Shown: positions 8,042 through 20,604 of the stretch, piece after piece | Layout of the letters: each line of letters begins with the position of its first letter | Numbering within the stretch: position 1 is the stretch's first letter | From: Piedraia hortae CBS 480.64 | Taxonomy: Eukaryota | NCBI GenBank assembly: GCA_010093745.1 | Contig: MU005957.1 | Location: forward strand, 62,001-126,000 | Reading direction: 5' to 3' | Length of the DNA stretch: 64,000 nt | The notes under the pieces: model-generated | What the model was told of the DNA's origin: nothing | Seen by the model: only the letters and a program-made list of their open reading frames with translations | The model's database searches: none | Translations under genes and position numbers: made by a program

Positions 8042-10843
8042 TCATTGTCCCTCAAGCTGTCTCAACCTCGTCAAGACTCTTCTTAGGGGAACACAGAGAC
8101 CTCTTGAGACGACCACCATCCCATCTGGCTCACTTCCCTCGACCTCACTATTCGTAATAGTCTCATTCACATCGGCAATAGCCTTTCCCAAAAGTTTAGG
8201 TCCAGTAGCATCACGGTACAGCCAGCGGAGGATGCCTTCGAAGCTGGAAATCTCGTTCAAATGAGTGTTCGCGTAGATGAGGAACGACCGGGCGCGGAGG
8301 TAGGCCAGTTCACTGTACAGTACCGATGGTCGTTTACTGGATTCCAGCCCGACAAGAAGCTCGTAGCCGGCTTCGTTGAAGTATGGCTCTGCAACGAGTA
8401 CGAGGCCCTGAATGCTGACTATCACTTGGAGAAATGTGCTGGTAGAGGGGTTCCAGCCTTCGGCTTTGTTCTGATGTTCCCATGTGCCTAAAAGGCTAAG
8501 GCAAATTTTACCGTCCTCGTAAAGGTTCGGGTTGACCTTGCCGCTGCCGCCTAGCCCGCTTTCAGTGGGCCATGAATGGAAATATGCCTCTGGTGGCTCC
8601 ACGGGGAAGTTGGGGCCGAGGTGGAAGTCAACTAGAAAAGGTGCGTAACGGTAGGGGGTTTCTGCCGGTCCGACAAAGAGCACCCGGATGAGGTCAAGAC
8701 GACTTTCCCAACTGCGAATGTAGATGCCATCGGGAATTGCGCCGGGTTTCTGAAGGATACGGTGCTCTTTTTGTATGCGTTTCGTTAGAGCCGGTGATGA
8801 CTTTCCTTGAAAAGTTTCCCAAAATTGATCTCGTGGAACCGGTTCGTCGAGAATGAGATAGGCCGGTGGTGAATATTTAGTCTGTTGATCATGATCCGGA
8901 GCAACAGTCTCTGTTTGGGGTTCTTCGTCGTCGGACTCCCACTCTGCGTTTTCCACCTCATCCTCCGCCAAAGGCTCACCGTTTTCGTCCTCGTACGTTG
9001 GTCGCGGTTCTAACATTAGAGTCCCGTTTGGGTGGTAGTGTTCAGGGCCCGGGGCTGTCAGCGGCACTGCCTCATAGTCTGTAGCATCTGTATCTTCTGC
9101 ATCATCAAGCTCATCATCATCGTCATAATCGTCATCATAGCCCATTCCGTCACTACTGGCCCAATCATCTAGGACGTTGGTTCCGTCGCATCGGATGGCT
9201 ACCACCACCTGCTCTCGACTGACAACTACGTCACGCACGACTGGAGCCGCGATCAATCGCACTGTAAGCGTGCCATCCAACGGGGTGTCTACAATCTCGC
9301 CCAGCCACTCGCCGCTCTCCCGGGTTGGACGGGTGTAGGGCGGTAAAGTCCAGGGTACCTCGCCAATCAATGCAATGTCACCCCGGTGAACATTGAGTGA
9401 CCCCGGTGCCTTGACATCGTACAGACTCACATCCTGCACGTCACCCGTTGCAAGACCGATGAGCGCTGCAACCACCTTTTGGGTCACTTCCCCCTCTTCA
9501 TCGTCGACTTTTTGGTATTCCACAATACCGTCGGGAGCCCATCTGATCTGTGCCATTCGTTCTGCTGGTCTGACGCTCTGGATGATGCCTACTTTGGACA
9601 CAAATCTGCCTTGTTCGTCCATTTCGACACTGTGGGCCACTTCCCCAGGCCAGGCTGCATGTTCATCATCGGTAGTCGAATCTGGAACAAGATCCAGGCT
9701 GGATTCCCGTGTGATGCTGAGATTCTGCCACTGCACATAAGCATCCGTCGCAACGGCGACGACGTCAAAAACGTTTGCGTCGTAGCCCATCATCTCCTGG
9801 CGAGGAATGCGATTGAATTTGCCGTGTGATGTTGACCCATTATAGCGACAGCTGGCCTGCACACCATCCTTGAATCGAACACGCATGTCGAGCTGCAGTT
9901 CCAGATCCTCGTTGGAGACAGTCTCTGAGGGGATTGATTCACGCCCCGGCCGCCGGGTGCGGTCAAGCACCTGAAAGTGCACCGCTTCCAGCTCTTCCCG
10001 CTCCAGCATACCTGGCGGCTCCTCTGAATCTGTAGAGCCTATGCGCTTCTGTATCCAATCGACCCCGAGCATAGTTGCCCGTGTACTGACAGCAAGCCCG
10101 ACCGGCGGGGTGTTTGGGTTATATTCCCCGAAAATCCAGCGCCCTTTGCGTAGATCGCCCTTTTTAGTGAGGCAAAGATCACCAACATAGACCGGTTCAT
10201 TGTTCTGCGGGTTCTCTAGTAAGCGTGCTTCATCCAGTTCAACCACGCAACGGTCCGTTAACAGGAGGACCACAGCATGGTGGGCATCAACTACCCGTCC
10301 AATCCAGTCTTTGTACACAATGAGGTCATCTTCATCTGGCTGACGGACATAATCGAGCTCTGAAGCCGGAATGTCGGTTAAGATGCTGCCAGAGTCTATT
10401 AGTTTAAGCTCCGGAAGCATATCACCAGGAGGGAGGTGCCCTTGAACGGTATGAGAGTCTTTGTAGCTAAATTTCTTGATCGGCTGCAGGTTACATCGCG
10501 CCTCAACATTGAGGATTACTCCACTCATTGCATCGCGCTGGTTTCTCTTCACCACGTCACCAATATAAAGCGGTCGGTCTAGCAAAACCAGTTCAGACTT
10601 TCGCTCCAGCTGTATCGCTTCATCTTCTGTCCATTGAACCACCACGGTGCCTGATGGCGGAATTCCCGTAGAATTGTATTCGTTATATTCCGCGGTGCTG
10701 ACCTTGTCGCCACGTCGAACTATGGAAAGGTCCGCCATCTGGCGGTGCGTCTCGACATCTGCCTGTGTGCGGAGGATTACACCCTTGACACGGACATCTT
10801 TTTTGAGCCCAACGACATCATCAGAAAACATTGGCTTCTCCAT
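8042..10843 (-). CDS. Large UBE2O-like E2/E3 hybrid ubiquitin-conjugating enzyme
   Basis: 933 aa; C-terminal UBC domain GPAETPY...FP..PP...VNPNLYEDGKICLSLLGTW...EPYFNEAG; long N-terminal region and acidic linker. Confidence 0.88.
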   Translation of the reverse strand: MEKPMFSDDVVGLKKDVRVKGVILRTQADVETHRQMADLSIVRRGDKVSTAEYNEYNSTGIPPSGTVVVQWTEDEAIQLERKSELVLLDRPLYIGDVVKRNQRDAMSGVILNVEARCNLQPIKKFSYKDSHTVQGHLPPGDMLPELKLIDSGSILTDIPASELDYVRQPDEDDLIVYKDWIGRVVDAHHAVVLLLTDRCVVELDEARLLENPQNNEPVYVGDLCLTKKGDLRKGRWIFGEYNPNTPPVGLAVSTRATMLGVDWIQKRIGSTDSEEPPGMLEREELEAVHFQVLDRTRRPGRESIPSETVSNEDLELQLDMRVRFKDGVQASCRYNGSTSHGKFNRIPRQEMMGYDANVFDVVAVATDAYVQWQNLSITRESSLDLVPDSTTDDEHAAWPGEVAHSVEMDEQGRFVSKVGIIQSVRPAERMAQIRWAPDGIVEYQKVDDEEGEVTQKVVAALIGLATGDVQDVSLYDVKAPGSLNVHRGDIALIGEVPWTLPPYTRPTRESGEWLGEIVDTPLDGTLTVRLIAAPVVRDVVVSREQVVVAIRCDGTNVLDDWASSDGMGYDDDYDDDDELDDAEDTDATDYEAVPLTAPGPEHYHPNGTLMLEPRPTYEDENGEPLAEDEVENAEWESDDEEPQTETVAPDHDQQTKYSPPAYLILDEPVPRDQFWETFQGKSSPALTKRIQKEHRILQKPGAIPDGIYIRSWESRLDLIRVLFVGPAETPYRYAPFLVDFHLGPNFPVEPPEAYFHSWPTESGLGGSGKVNPNLYEDGKICLSLLGTWEHQNKAEGWNPSTSTFLQVIVSIQGLVLVAEPYFNEAGYELLVGLESSKRPSVLYSELAYLRARSFLIYANTHLNEISSFEGILRWLYRDATGPKLLGKAIADVNETITNSEVEGSEPDGMVVVSRGLCVPLRRVLTRLRQLEGQ

Positions 10844-11063
10844 TGGAACTTTGAAAAGTGCGGACAGGCGAGCCTGTAGCTAAGTTAGATTTATCGTAGG
10901 TTCTAGTTATGTCACGGTGGAAATCTTTTTGTCACGCTAGGTGCCTGTTGCCGTATTGGGACAAACTGACAAAACGTGTGCGGGAGTAGGTGCACTATGC
11001 CACTCGAGGATTAGCGTCCACTGCGGTTGTCGGACCTCACCAAAAGCCCGAGAGTTGGGATAA

Positions 11064-12479
<1,416 letters not shown>

Positions 12480-13159
12480 CGTGCAGCATACAATTGCTAA
12501 AAACAACCACGGGAGCAAGTGCCGCGAGGCGTTATAAGGATGATGTGTACCATCACGAAGAACTCGGAATAGCGAGTGTCTGCCCAGATGTGTAAACGCC
12601 CGTTGGCCAGATTGCAAATTGAATATTTGCACAGCGATTGGCTAAAGACTAGGCCAATCGCCCATGGCTTTGCCGTTGCGTGGTGCCCGACGATCATCGA
12701 CAAGGGTTTGGCACCCCGGCTCAACATTCGCCGGATCGGCCGACGCACTCCTCCCAATCGGACACTCACCAGCCACCCATTAACAGCCACAGCAACTGCA
12801 GTCGGACAGGGATTAGCCACACTGATAGCCACACGTGGCAGTGCACAGCCACTCGGTCTAAGCCGGATTGAGCGTTGACGCCGACTGTATCGATAATAAT
12901 AAGATGAGGATTCCCGTCGATGCTGGGGATTATTTTGGCGCATCGACCACCGATACATGGATCTTGACCACAACAGCACCCAGTCTACCGTTTGAAGCAA
13001 GTGACGCAGCCTACGACGTGCTGGAGAAACCCGGCCCGCTAATTGACGCGCGTCCCTGGCTTTTAACCGGCAGCTGTATTAGCTGTCCAATCACAAAACA
13101 AGACCAATTTGGATCGGCGGATGGCCCGTGCACTGTCGTCACCGCTCTTCCTGTCAAAC

Positions 13160-14995
13160 ATGATGGACATCTCCACCGCCGACAACATCGGCTCCGCTAC
13201 CGCCACACCGCCACCTCCAGATTCTCCGCTGAATCTGCTAGCGTGGTATCCGCTCGACGCCAGGGACTGGCCAAACGCTGTGCCCTTGTTCGCGCAGCCC
13301 CAGCACATGTCCCCGCCCATTACGCCCAGCTGGACGTTCGACTCATCTGTTGCGGGCGTGAGCGCAGACTACCCGTATACGTGCTACTCCGGAATGGGCC
13401 TTGGATCTGTGTCGCAACACCCGGTTAAGAGCGCCCACCAGCGGACCCCGTCTGCTAGCACTGTCGCCTCGACTGGGCCTGCCTCTCCCTACGCGCAGAG
13501 TTTCACGTATCCGCATATTGCGAACACTGATTTTGCGCCAAACTCCCCCGCCGCCCACCTGTCGGATAATCCCGCAATATCTTTTGCGAAAGTTCCGCCT
13601 ACCCCAGTGCGATCTCCCGCCCACCTAGGCTGGCCCAGAAGTCAGGAAATGTCTAGACGCCAAGCGGGACGAAACGGCTGGTCGATAGATCCTTATGCAG
13701 ACGAAGGGGTGCAGAATGCGGCGAGATCTGCCCGTCCCAGCTTATCAAGTTCGGGCTACGACTCTCCCGCTACGCCTCAGTCTGGTGTCGGTGAATTGGA
13801 AAGCATGCCTCCGAGCGTGCATCTCTGGCATAGCGAGCCGGACCATAGGTTTGCTTCAACTCCGCCAATGCCTGGTCATTTGGCGCCACCATCCCGTCTT
13901 GCACCCATGCACGATCAGTTGCAAAGAGCGCAAGCCGTACGGTCCCATTCTCCCGGCAACTCTGCTCCCCGGAACCGCTCTCCCTTTCGCAGCTCACCTT
14001 TGGCACCCTCGTCTGGATTGGCAGCTCCGCTTGAATCAGGCAATCATATGGCGGAACGACCGAGTCATCTGACTCGCCAACACCCTAGCACAATTTCCCC
14101 AAGGGATGCCGTCTACGATTATCGCGAGTCTGGCAATTTTCCGCCCTCATACCCATACCCTGCCCCGGCACCAGAGTGGTTGGAAGAAGACTTAATACCA
14201 CAAGCGGTGGCTGCACCGCCGTTGATGTCGGGTTACCAGCCACCGCCGGTTGAAGCCTACCCCTACCCCGAAGCAATAACGTACGGTGGCGTGGCGCATC
14301 CCGGGACTGGTCCAACGCTGGCACCAAACCCTTACCAGAATTATGGCTACATGAACGTGCCTAAGACGACTCCGAGCGGCGATGCGAGCCCCGTGTTTCC
14401 CGCGCAGCTGCTGTCAATGGAGTCTTCGGTGAGCGACACAGCCCCGGCGCCATCGCCGCAGGAGAGCTACAAACGAAAGTCGGCTCCCATGCGACCGGCA
14501 GACCCGCGGGCGGGATCCAACACGTACACTTGTACCTATCCCGGATGCAATCACCGGTTTGAGACGCTCGCCCACTTGCAAAAACACAAGCGTGAGTCAC
14601 ATCGGACGACTATACATCGGCGAGTAGCCAGTGATGACTCGTCGCACGCTACGACGGCATCGTCTCCATCCACAACAGGTTCCCCCGGCCCCATGCGGGC
14701 GGGAATGACCTCAGCTGCCGTGGCCGCGCGCAATTCCCAAGCTGGGCCCCATCGCTGCACGCACATCAACCCGACCACGAACCTGCCATGTAACACGGTA
14801 TTCTCACGGCCGTATGATCTTACCCGGCACGAAGACACGATTCACAATAACAGCAAGCAAAAAGTGAGGTGTCCCATGTGCCGTGAAGAGAAGACGTTTT
14901 CGCGACATGACGCCCTTACCCGGCACATGCGTGTCGTCCATCCGGACGCCGAAACCGTCACCAGTAGCAGTAAGCGGCTGAGGAAGGATGATTGA
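13160..14995 (+). CDS. RPN4: RPN4-like C2H2 zinc-finger transcription factor (start uncertain; possible upstream exon near 12903-12999)
   Basis: Three C-terminal fingers including CNTVFSRPYDLTRHEDTIH and KTFSRHDALTRHMRVVH, matching the Rpn4 signature; Pro/Ser-rich N-terminus. Confidence 0.75.
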   Translation: MMDISTADNIGSATATPPPPDSPLNLLAWYPLDARDWPNAVPLFAQPQHMSPPITPSWTFDSSVAGVSADYPYTCYSGMGLGSVSQHPVKSAHQRTPSASTVASTGPASPYAQSFTYPHIANTDFAPNSPAAHLSDNPAISFAKVPPTPVRSPAHLGWPRSQEMSRRQAGRNGWSIDPYADEGVQNAARSARPSLSSSGYDSPATPQSGVGELESMPPSVHLWHSEPDHRFASTPPMPGHLAPPSRLAPMHDQLQRAQAVRSHSPGNSAPRNRSPFRSSPLAPSSGLAAPLESGNHMAERPSHLTRQHPSTISPRDAVYDYRESGNFPPSYPYPAPAPEWLEEDLIPQAVAAPPLMSGYQPPPVEAYPYPEAITYGGVAHPGTGPTLAPNPYQNYGYMNVPKTTPSGDASPVFPAQLLSMESSVSDTAPAPSPQESYKRKSAPMRPADPRAGSNTYTCTYPGCNHRFETLAHLQKHKRESHRTTIHRRVASDDSSHATTASSPSTTGSPGPMRAGMTSAAVAARNSQAGPHRCTHINPTTNLPCNTVFSRPYDLTRHEDTIHNNSKQKVRCPMCREEKTFSRHDALTRHMRVVHPDAETVTSSSKRLRKDD

Positions 14996-15321
14996 TTTCT
15001 GTTATTTAAACGTAGCGTTGATGGGACTGGTGCTTTACATTTTTTTATTATAAAGCATCTTGCAAGGTCAAGATGGGGGGTGGTAAACTCACGATGGAGG
15101 TAGTAATGTCGGCTGATGGGGGAGATGTCGTAGTTCTCGAGAGAAGAAATACCTCTTATGATTCCTCACTTAATTTTCCTGTCACCATACGCTTGTCCCA
15201 CCTTAACACCTCTCCATGAAAAAAATTCAACATCCCCATCTCATCATATTTTCAATACTAATACCTACATATCCCGAAAACTCATCTACAAAGAATCAGA
15301 ATACCATCTCCCCAGCCAATG

Positions 15322-16605
15322 TCATTGCTGCTGTTGATGTTGATACTGCGACCTCAGCATCTGCTGCTGCATATACTGCTGCTGCATAAGCTGTTGTTGC
15401 TGGTGCTGGGCCACAATTCCCTGGACACCTCCCTGCGGCATCATCAGCAATGAGTTATTCAAACTCGGCGTTCTCGCAGGCCGGTACGGCCTAGGCCCGA
15501 TTATCCCCTGCATTGGCTGTCCTGGTCCATTAGGCATCCCATTTCCCACCCCACCGTTAGACACCCCATTCATCACCGTCCCACCCGGCCCTATTATCCT
15601 AACCGTATTCTCCCAACTCCTCTGCGGACCCCCATACCACCTCGGCTGCTCCTCCTCATCAATGGCGCTCATGGGTCGGGAGGCCGAATGCGAATTCGAT
15701 GTCCTCCATCGATTCGGACCCGATAACGGGCCCGGGGAAGGTGTATTCGTCCCCCCCGGGCTCGCACTTCGGCCGCGATCGAGAGGTGAGTATGAGCGAG
15801 AAAAGTTCATGGGTTGAAGGATTGGACTTGGAGAGTGGCGCGCTGGGATGCTTCCGCCGAAAATGGGACTGTGGGTTGAGTAGACGGGACTGCTTGCGTA
15901 TATTGGGGAATCGACTGCCGGGCTGTCATTGCCCCCGCCGTATAGGGTGCTCTCGGGTCGGATTAGAGGCCAGTCGGGGCCCATGGTTGGGGGGGTGATT
16001 AAGGGTGGGCCGCTTCGTCGTTGAGGGGATATTAACCTGGTGGTGGGAGAGTTGGGTTCGACGACTCCCAAGACGGTTTGTTGAGAGTTGCGCTTTTCTT
16101 TGGAGCTGCGGAGCCCACCGTGCGGAAAGATGGGGCCGCTGGTGATGGAGTCTTGGGTTTCGTTGGTGGAGGTGCGGCGGTCGCGATGTTTCATGCGTCG
16201 CCGCCAGCAGAAGAGCGCGAGAAGGAGTAGAATTACGACTGCTGCTGTGACTCCGGTGGCGATGCCGGCGATGGAGGCTTCGTGCATCGAGCCTTTGTTG
16301 GAGGCATGGGTGGGTGTGGATGTCGGGGGTTGTGTGGAGGCTGGAGAGGTTGTGGAAGGGGCGGAGGTTGTTGATTGTGCTGATGATGATGATGATGTCG
16401 GTGTTGGTGAGGAGGTGGACTGCCATGCTTGGCTCATGGATGATGTCGCCGTGGCCGGCGCGATCGTCTTGGAGTGACCCCATTCCGACTCGAAGCTGGA
16501 AGCGACATTGGATGGAACGGCGGAGAGGAGGACGGATAGGGCATTCCCCGAAGGCGAGACATCCTCAGAGTATGCCGAGGCCAGGATCGAAAAGGCATCG
16601 TCCAT
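15322..16605 (-). CDS. Single-pass membrane protein: Ser/Thr-rich N-terminus, Pro-rich and Gln-rich tail (Mid2-like architecture)
   Basis: 427 aa; S/T stalk, TM IAGIATGVTAAVVILLLLALFCW followed by RRR; no obvious signal peptide. Confidence 0.75.
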   Translation of the reverse strand: MDDAFSILASAYSEDVSPSGNALSVLLSAVPSNVASSFESEWGHSKTIAPATATSSMSQAWQSTSSPTPTSSSSSAQSTTSAPSTTSPASTQPPTSTPTHASNKGSMHEASIAGIATGVTAAVVILLLLALFCWRRRMKHRDRRTSTNETQDSITSGPIFPHGGLRSSKEKRNSQQTVLGVVEPNSPTTRLISPQRRSGPPLITPPTMGPDWPLIRPESTLYGGGNDSPAVDSPIYASSPVYSTHSPIFGGSIPARHSPSPILQPMNFSRSYSPLDRGRSASPGGTNTPSPGPLSGPNRWRTSNSHSASRPMSAIDEEEQPRWYGGPQRSWENTVRIIGPGGTVMNGVSNGGVGNGMPNGPGQPMQGIIGPRPYRPARTPSLNNSLLMMPQGGVQGIVAQHQQQQLMQQQYMQQQMLRSQYQHQQQQ

Positions 16606-16997
16606 AGTATTCCTTCAGGGCCGTCTTCCAGGGCTTATCCTTCCCACTCCGCCGCCAACCGGTGCGCCAACAACGGGTAATTATCGTATTAAGATGAAAA
16701 CAAACCAAAGCAACGAGCGTCGTAAAGAAATGCAAGAAGAGAAGAGAATGGAAACAACAAGTCCCGACCAGCGAGAACGCGTACTGTACCGAGTAGATCG
16801 CCTGAAGGGTCCCCGAAGTAACACCGCCTTAACCCTCGCCATTCCATTAATCTGTCACGTCCGGCACGCGTCGGGACATGATCGGAGCGCATGTCGCCAG
16901 CAGGGAAGCTTCTGCCATCCCGGTTTCAAGCCTTGACGCTAGCGTAATTACAGCCCCTGGATGATAGATGAGGGTCATATTCAGTATACAGGCCAGG

Positions 16998-18062
16998 CTA
17001 TAGCTGCTTGCCGTTCTCGAGAATTGCCCGTCGTCGTTCGCCCATCATGACAAACCCTTCGCGTAGCCAGACGGGCCATCCGCGGATCCATTTGGTCGCA
17101 GCCGTATAACGGGGAACAAATACCTGTCCACCGCGGCAGCTCAGGATCTGGCTCACGACCGCGTCCGATACCTGCTGCGGATCAATAATAAACACCTTGG
17201 ACGCTTGCAGCTCCTTCATCCACCTGGTGATGAGCGGAGTGTCGGCAAACGTTGGATGCACCGACGTGAATTGAATCTCCGGACACTTGTGCAACGCACG
17301 AGCCTCGGTTCTTATCGTCTCGTGCAAGGCGAGCACGGCAGCCTTAGAGCTGCTGTAAGCCGCCATGCCCGCTGGGGAAACGAAAGAAGCGAGCGACGCC
17401 ACAGTCACAATGTGGCCCTTCTTCCGTCGCACCATTGCCGGCATAAACGCCTGCAAAGTGTAATAATGGCTAACGAGGTTGACGCCATATGTGCGTTGCA
17501 GAATATCTGGCGTGCACGTAAGAACCTCCATTCCCTCGCACGCTACACCAGCGTTGTTGATCAGGATGGAAACGTCGCCGTGGACTTCGGTGACCTCCTC
17601 AGCAAGCTTCATGACAGCATCACGGTCAGTAATGTCGCACTGGTAGTAATTGATGCGCGCATTGTTCCGTAGATCGTCCTGCGGCATCGACTCGATAACG
17701 TCGACCGCTATGATCTTAACACCCTTCGCAGCCAAATCCCTTGCGAATCGGCTACCAAACCCACCCGTCGCGCCCGTTATAAGCGCCACTTCGTCTGGCC
17801 AGTCATATCGGTGTCTTTCAGACCGAAGGCGGAAGCTGTTCATCGCGAGCCTCCCCAGCCAGTCGTTCACCCACTTCCCTACACCCAAAACCGTGGCCCA
17901 TTTCAATGTCGTCGTTATGCTAGCCAGCGCATCTGCTGAAAGGTGTCTGCGTAAAAAGAGCAAGACCGGCTGTGTAATTCCCTCGGGTGCCCGCCCGGTC
18001 AGGATGAGCCAGAGCGGGGCAGTCAATGCTGGATTGAGGAAAAGTTGAGATACGACTGACAT
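16998..18062 (-). CDS. Short-chain dehydrogenase/reductase (RDH10/17beta-HSD11-like, membrane-associated)
   Basis: ALITGATGGFG, LINNAGV, catalytic YSSSK; hydrophobic N-terminus. Confidence 0.92.
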   Translation of the reverse strand: MSVVSQLFLNPALTAPLWLILTGRAPEGITQPVLLFLRRHLSADALASITTTLKWATVLGVGKWVNDWLGRLAMNSFRLRSERHRYDWPDEVALITGATGGFGSRFARDLAAKGVKIIAVDVIESMPQDDLRNNARINYYQCDITDRDAVMKLAEEVTEVHGDVSILINNAGVACEGMEVLTCTPDILQRTYGVNLVSHYYTLQAFMPAMVRRKKGHIVTVASLASFVSPAGMAAYSSSKAAVLALHETIRTEARALHKCPEIQFTSVHPTFADTPLITRWMKELQASKVFIIDPQQVSDAVVSQILSCRGGQVFVPRYTAATKWIRGWPVWLREGFVMMGERRRAILENGKQL

Positions 18063-19005
18063 GGTCGTTTCTGTTCGTGTAGCTACTTAGATTTCCTGGC
18101 AATTTATATGGTCAGCTGGTGGTTACCGAGGGCCGGCATGTGCAACCCACGACTTGCCACTGTGTCTTTGAGGGGTTGATCTCCTGCTCTCCACAATCTC
18201 GTAATGTTGATAGAACCTCTCGATTAAGCTACGAATAGATGATTCCCGTTGTTGACACTTACCGTCCCAAAACTCTGATAGCAATGCTACGATGGTTCCC
18301 TTGCTACGGCCGAATTTTCCGTCAGGGATCCGTTTGGTGGTTGAAACAGGTTCAGGGCGCGTCGTGATCCCGGATCATTTGCCGTGCATTGCAACACGTA
18401 ACAAGCCCGGAAGCAATCGCCATCGGAAAAAAACAATTGTACCAACTGGAGAATCATGTAATATAGTCGGAATATATTCTCTAGTTGTTCTCTAGTAAAG
18501 TGATATCGAACTAATATATCTTTTAGTCGTACTTTAGTAGTGTAATATCGCACTGATATTCTTGTTGGATTCAAGCATCGCCGCTAGCGCCGTATGCGGG
18601 GCACTTGCATAGCATGTCAGCGATACCTCCTACACTACCAGCTGCACCCTAGGTTGTTTCCCTCACAGAGGTTTTCCTTAGGGTCATGTCATATGTGACA
18701 TGCCGAATGCACCCCACTAGTGTACGTGACGTCACCGGCCCACCGGTACAGAATTTTTATTCTCACGTCCCCTCATAGTGACATATAGTCATTCACACTG
18801 TCATATCGACACTGGTATTGACTCATATCCATCTGAATCTGTCCTGTCCCTGTTGTCGGTTTCCGTCAATCGCTTCGTCCTCTTAGTCGGGCCGCTGCGC
18901 ACTCCCATCAACGACATCCTTATCGCTACAATTCTGCAGTATCCGTGCTTTATCACAAGCCGTCTAACGCTCATTAGGTATGACCCATCCATAGACGTTA
19001 AATGA

Positions 19006-19025
19006 AAATCAAATCAAATCAAATC
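19006..19025. repeat. (AAATC)4 microsatellite
   Basis: aaatcaaatcaaatcaaatc. Confidence 0.85.
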
Positions 19026-19539
19026 ACCACTACGTGCACACTTGCGAATTAGTCCACCACCGACCGACCGATAAGGCTGAAAAAATTGCATGCCGATGCT
19101 ATTCAATCTAGAGACCGATATGCCACGCTTTTTTTTAACGTTCATGATTCCGTCCACGGGTGACATTTCGCTCTTTGTATTGTGATGGGGAGTTAAAAGA
19201 GACGACAGACTGAACGCGCTCGCTTTGAGTACATCTTTAAAGAGAGTTAAAGACGCCAGCCGAACGCAATATCACAACCATTCAGGGCAGGTAACAGTCC
19301 ATCATGGTAAAATAGCCTAGCAGTCTACATCGTTCAACCGTGAAAATTGTATAGAATAGTGGCCCGTTGCTGCAATGGAGATGAATGTGAGCTTCGGATT
19401 TTCGAGCCACTACTGACATTGACTTCCAACCGCGCCCCATTGGTTCTAATGATCTTTTAGACTGAAAAAGAGGGAGAAGGAGTGGATTGGAACACTGGGA
19501 CTTGGTTTATCATCCTCTTTGACTAGTAGTAAATCTCTA

Positions 19540-20260
19540 TCTCACAGCTTGCATCCGTCTGCCCAGCGCCTATTCCTTTTCGACACTTGGCGAGCCTTCT
19601 TCACCTTCACCTCTAAATCATCCAACCCAATCCACCATCAACTTTTTTTCACTGGGTGTCAATCTGTTCTCAGGACGCTCCTCAGTTCCTCTTCTCCCCT
19701 CTCACCACCTCTGATTTCTCCCTCCCTTTGGCGCAGCAATCTCCTTCTCCCCCATACAACTCCCCGTCCCACAATACCAACCTCCCTTCGAATAACAATC
19801 CAACCGATAATCAATCCTCATTCCTTAACATTCTCAAAATCCAGCTTACACGAATGATCCACACCCCCATTCCGTCGCATCAATCACCACCCCTCCTTCC
19901 AAATCCACCTTCCTATTCCTCTCCAGATTCTCCGTCAGCAACTCCCCGTGCACTCCAACAAATTCTCATCCGGCTGGAATCTCCTCGTTGATAGAACACC
20001 TGTCTGGATCAACTAAATCCCCAGATTTTTGAAGCTCGGCGAAGTGCCCGTTCCCGCAATTAGCAGACCCAAAGTCGCGCAGTTTGCTAGTACCATGGTC
20101 TTGCATCATTCGGGTTTCGCAGGGTTCGTTGCAGGCGAACCTGTTGGACGTGGAGCAGCTGCAGGGGCGACGAGGCGGTGCAGTCTCATCCATTTTTTTG
20201 GGGGCCTTGGACGGTGGGAGTTACTGTCACTTTCAGGTGAAAATTATCTCACAATGACCG
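19540..20260 (-). pseudogene. Frameshifted ASH1-like AWS-SET histone H3K36 methyltransferase pseudogene
   Basis: Collinear remnants: CSCS...CNEPCETRMM...NCGNGHFAELQK (AWS); GVLSTRRFQPDENLLECTG / GELLT; VIDAT; DHSC; LFEG...GELY; several frameshifts and stops. Confidence 0.75.
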
Positions 20261-20604
20261 TGAGGACACACTAGTGATGAGCGCTTGATAGCAAACTCGA
20301 TGGGCTCTCCATCGATATCCCCTCTAGTGGGAGGACTCTATCTATATGAAGGCTGGCCTTTGTCTAAGACCAGGCCGCAAACCGCAGAAAACAAACCCAT
20401 CTGAAAGCCACAAAGAATCGGAGCACGCATGTGTGTTAAGCAGATATGCGCACAAACACCGAATCTGCGTTACTCGGTGCGTTACTCAGGACTGAGCCTC
20501 GCTAGAATTAACATTTTCCTTCTGACAGAAGCCGGTCGCAGCTGTCATTCCTCTTCCTTTGACTCCAATACTTTTCTCAGACCTCTCCAAAACCGGATTC
20601 AATT

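Noticed and set aside
19190..19267. Imperfect direct repeat (gagttaaa..gacg.cag.c.gaacgc) as a CRISPR-like array
   Set aside because: Two degenerate copies only, in a eukaryotic context; a local duplication
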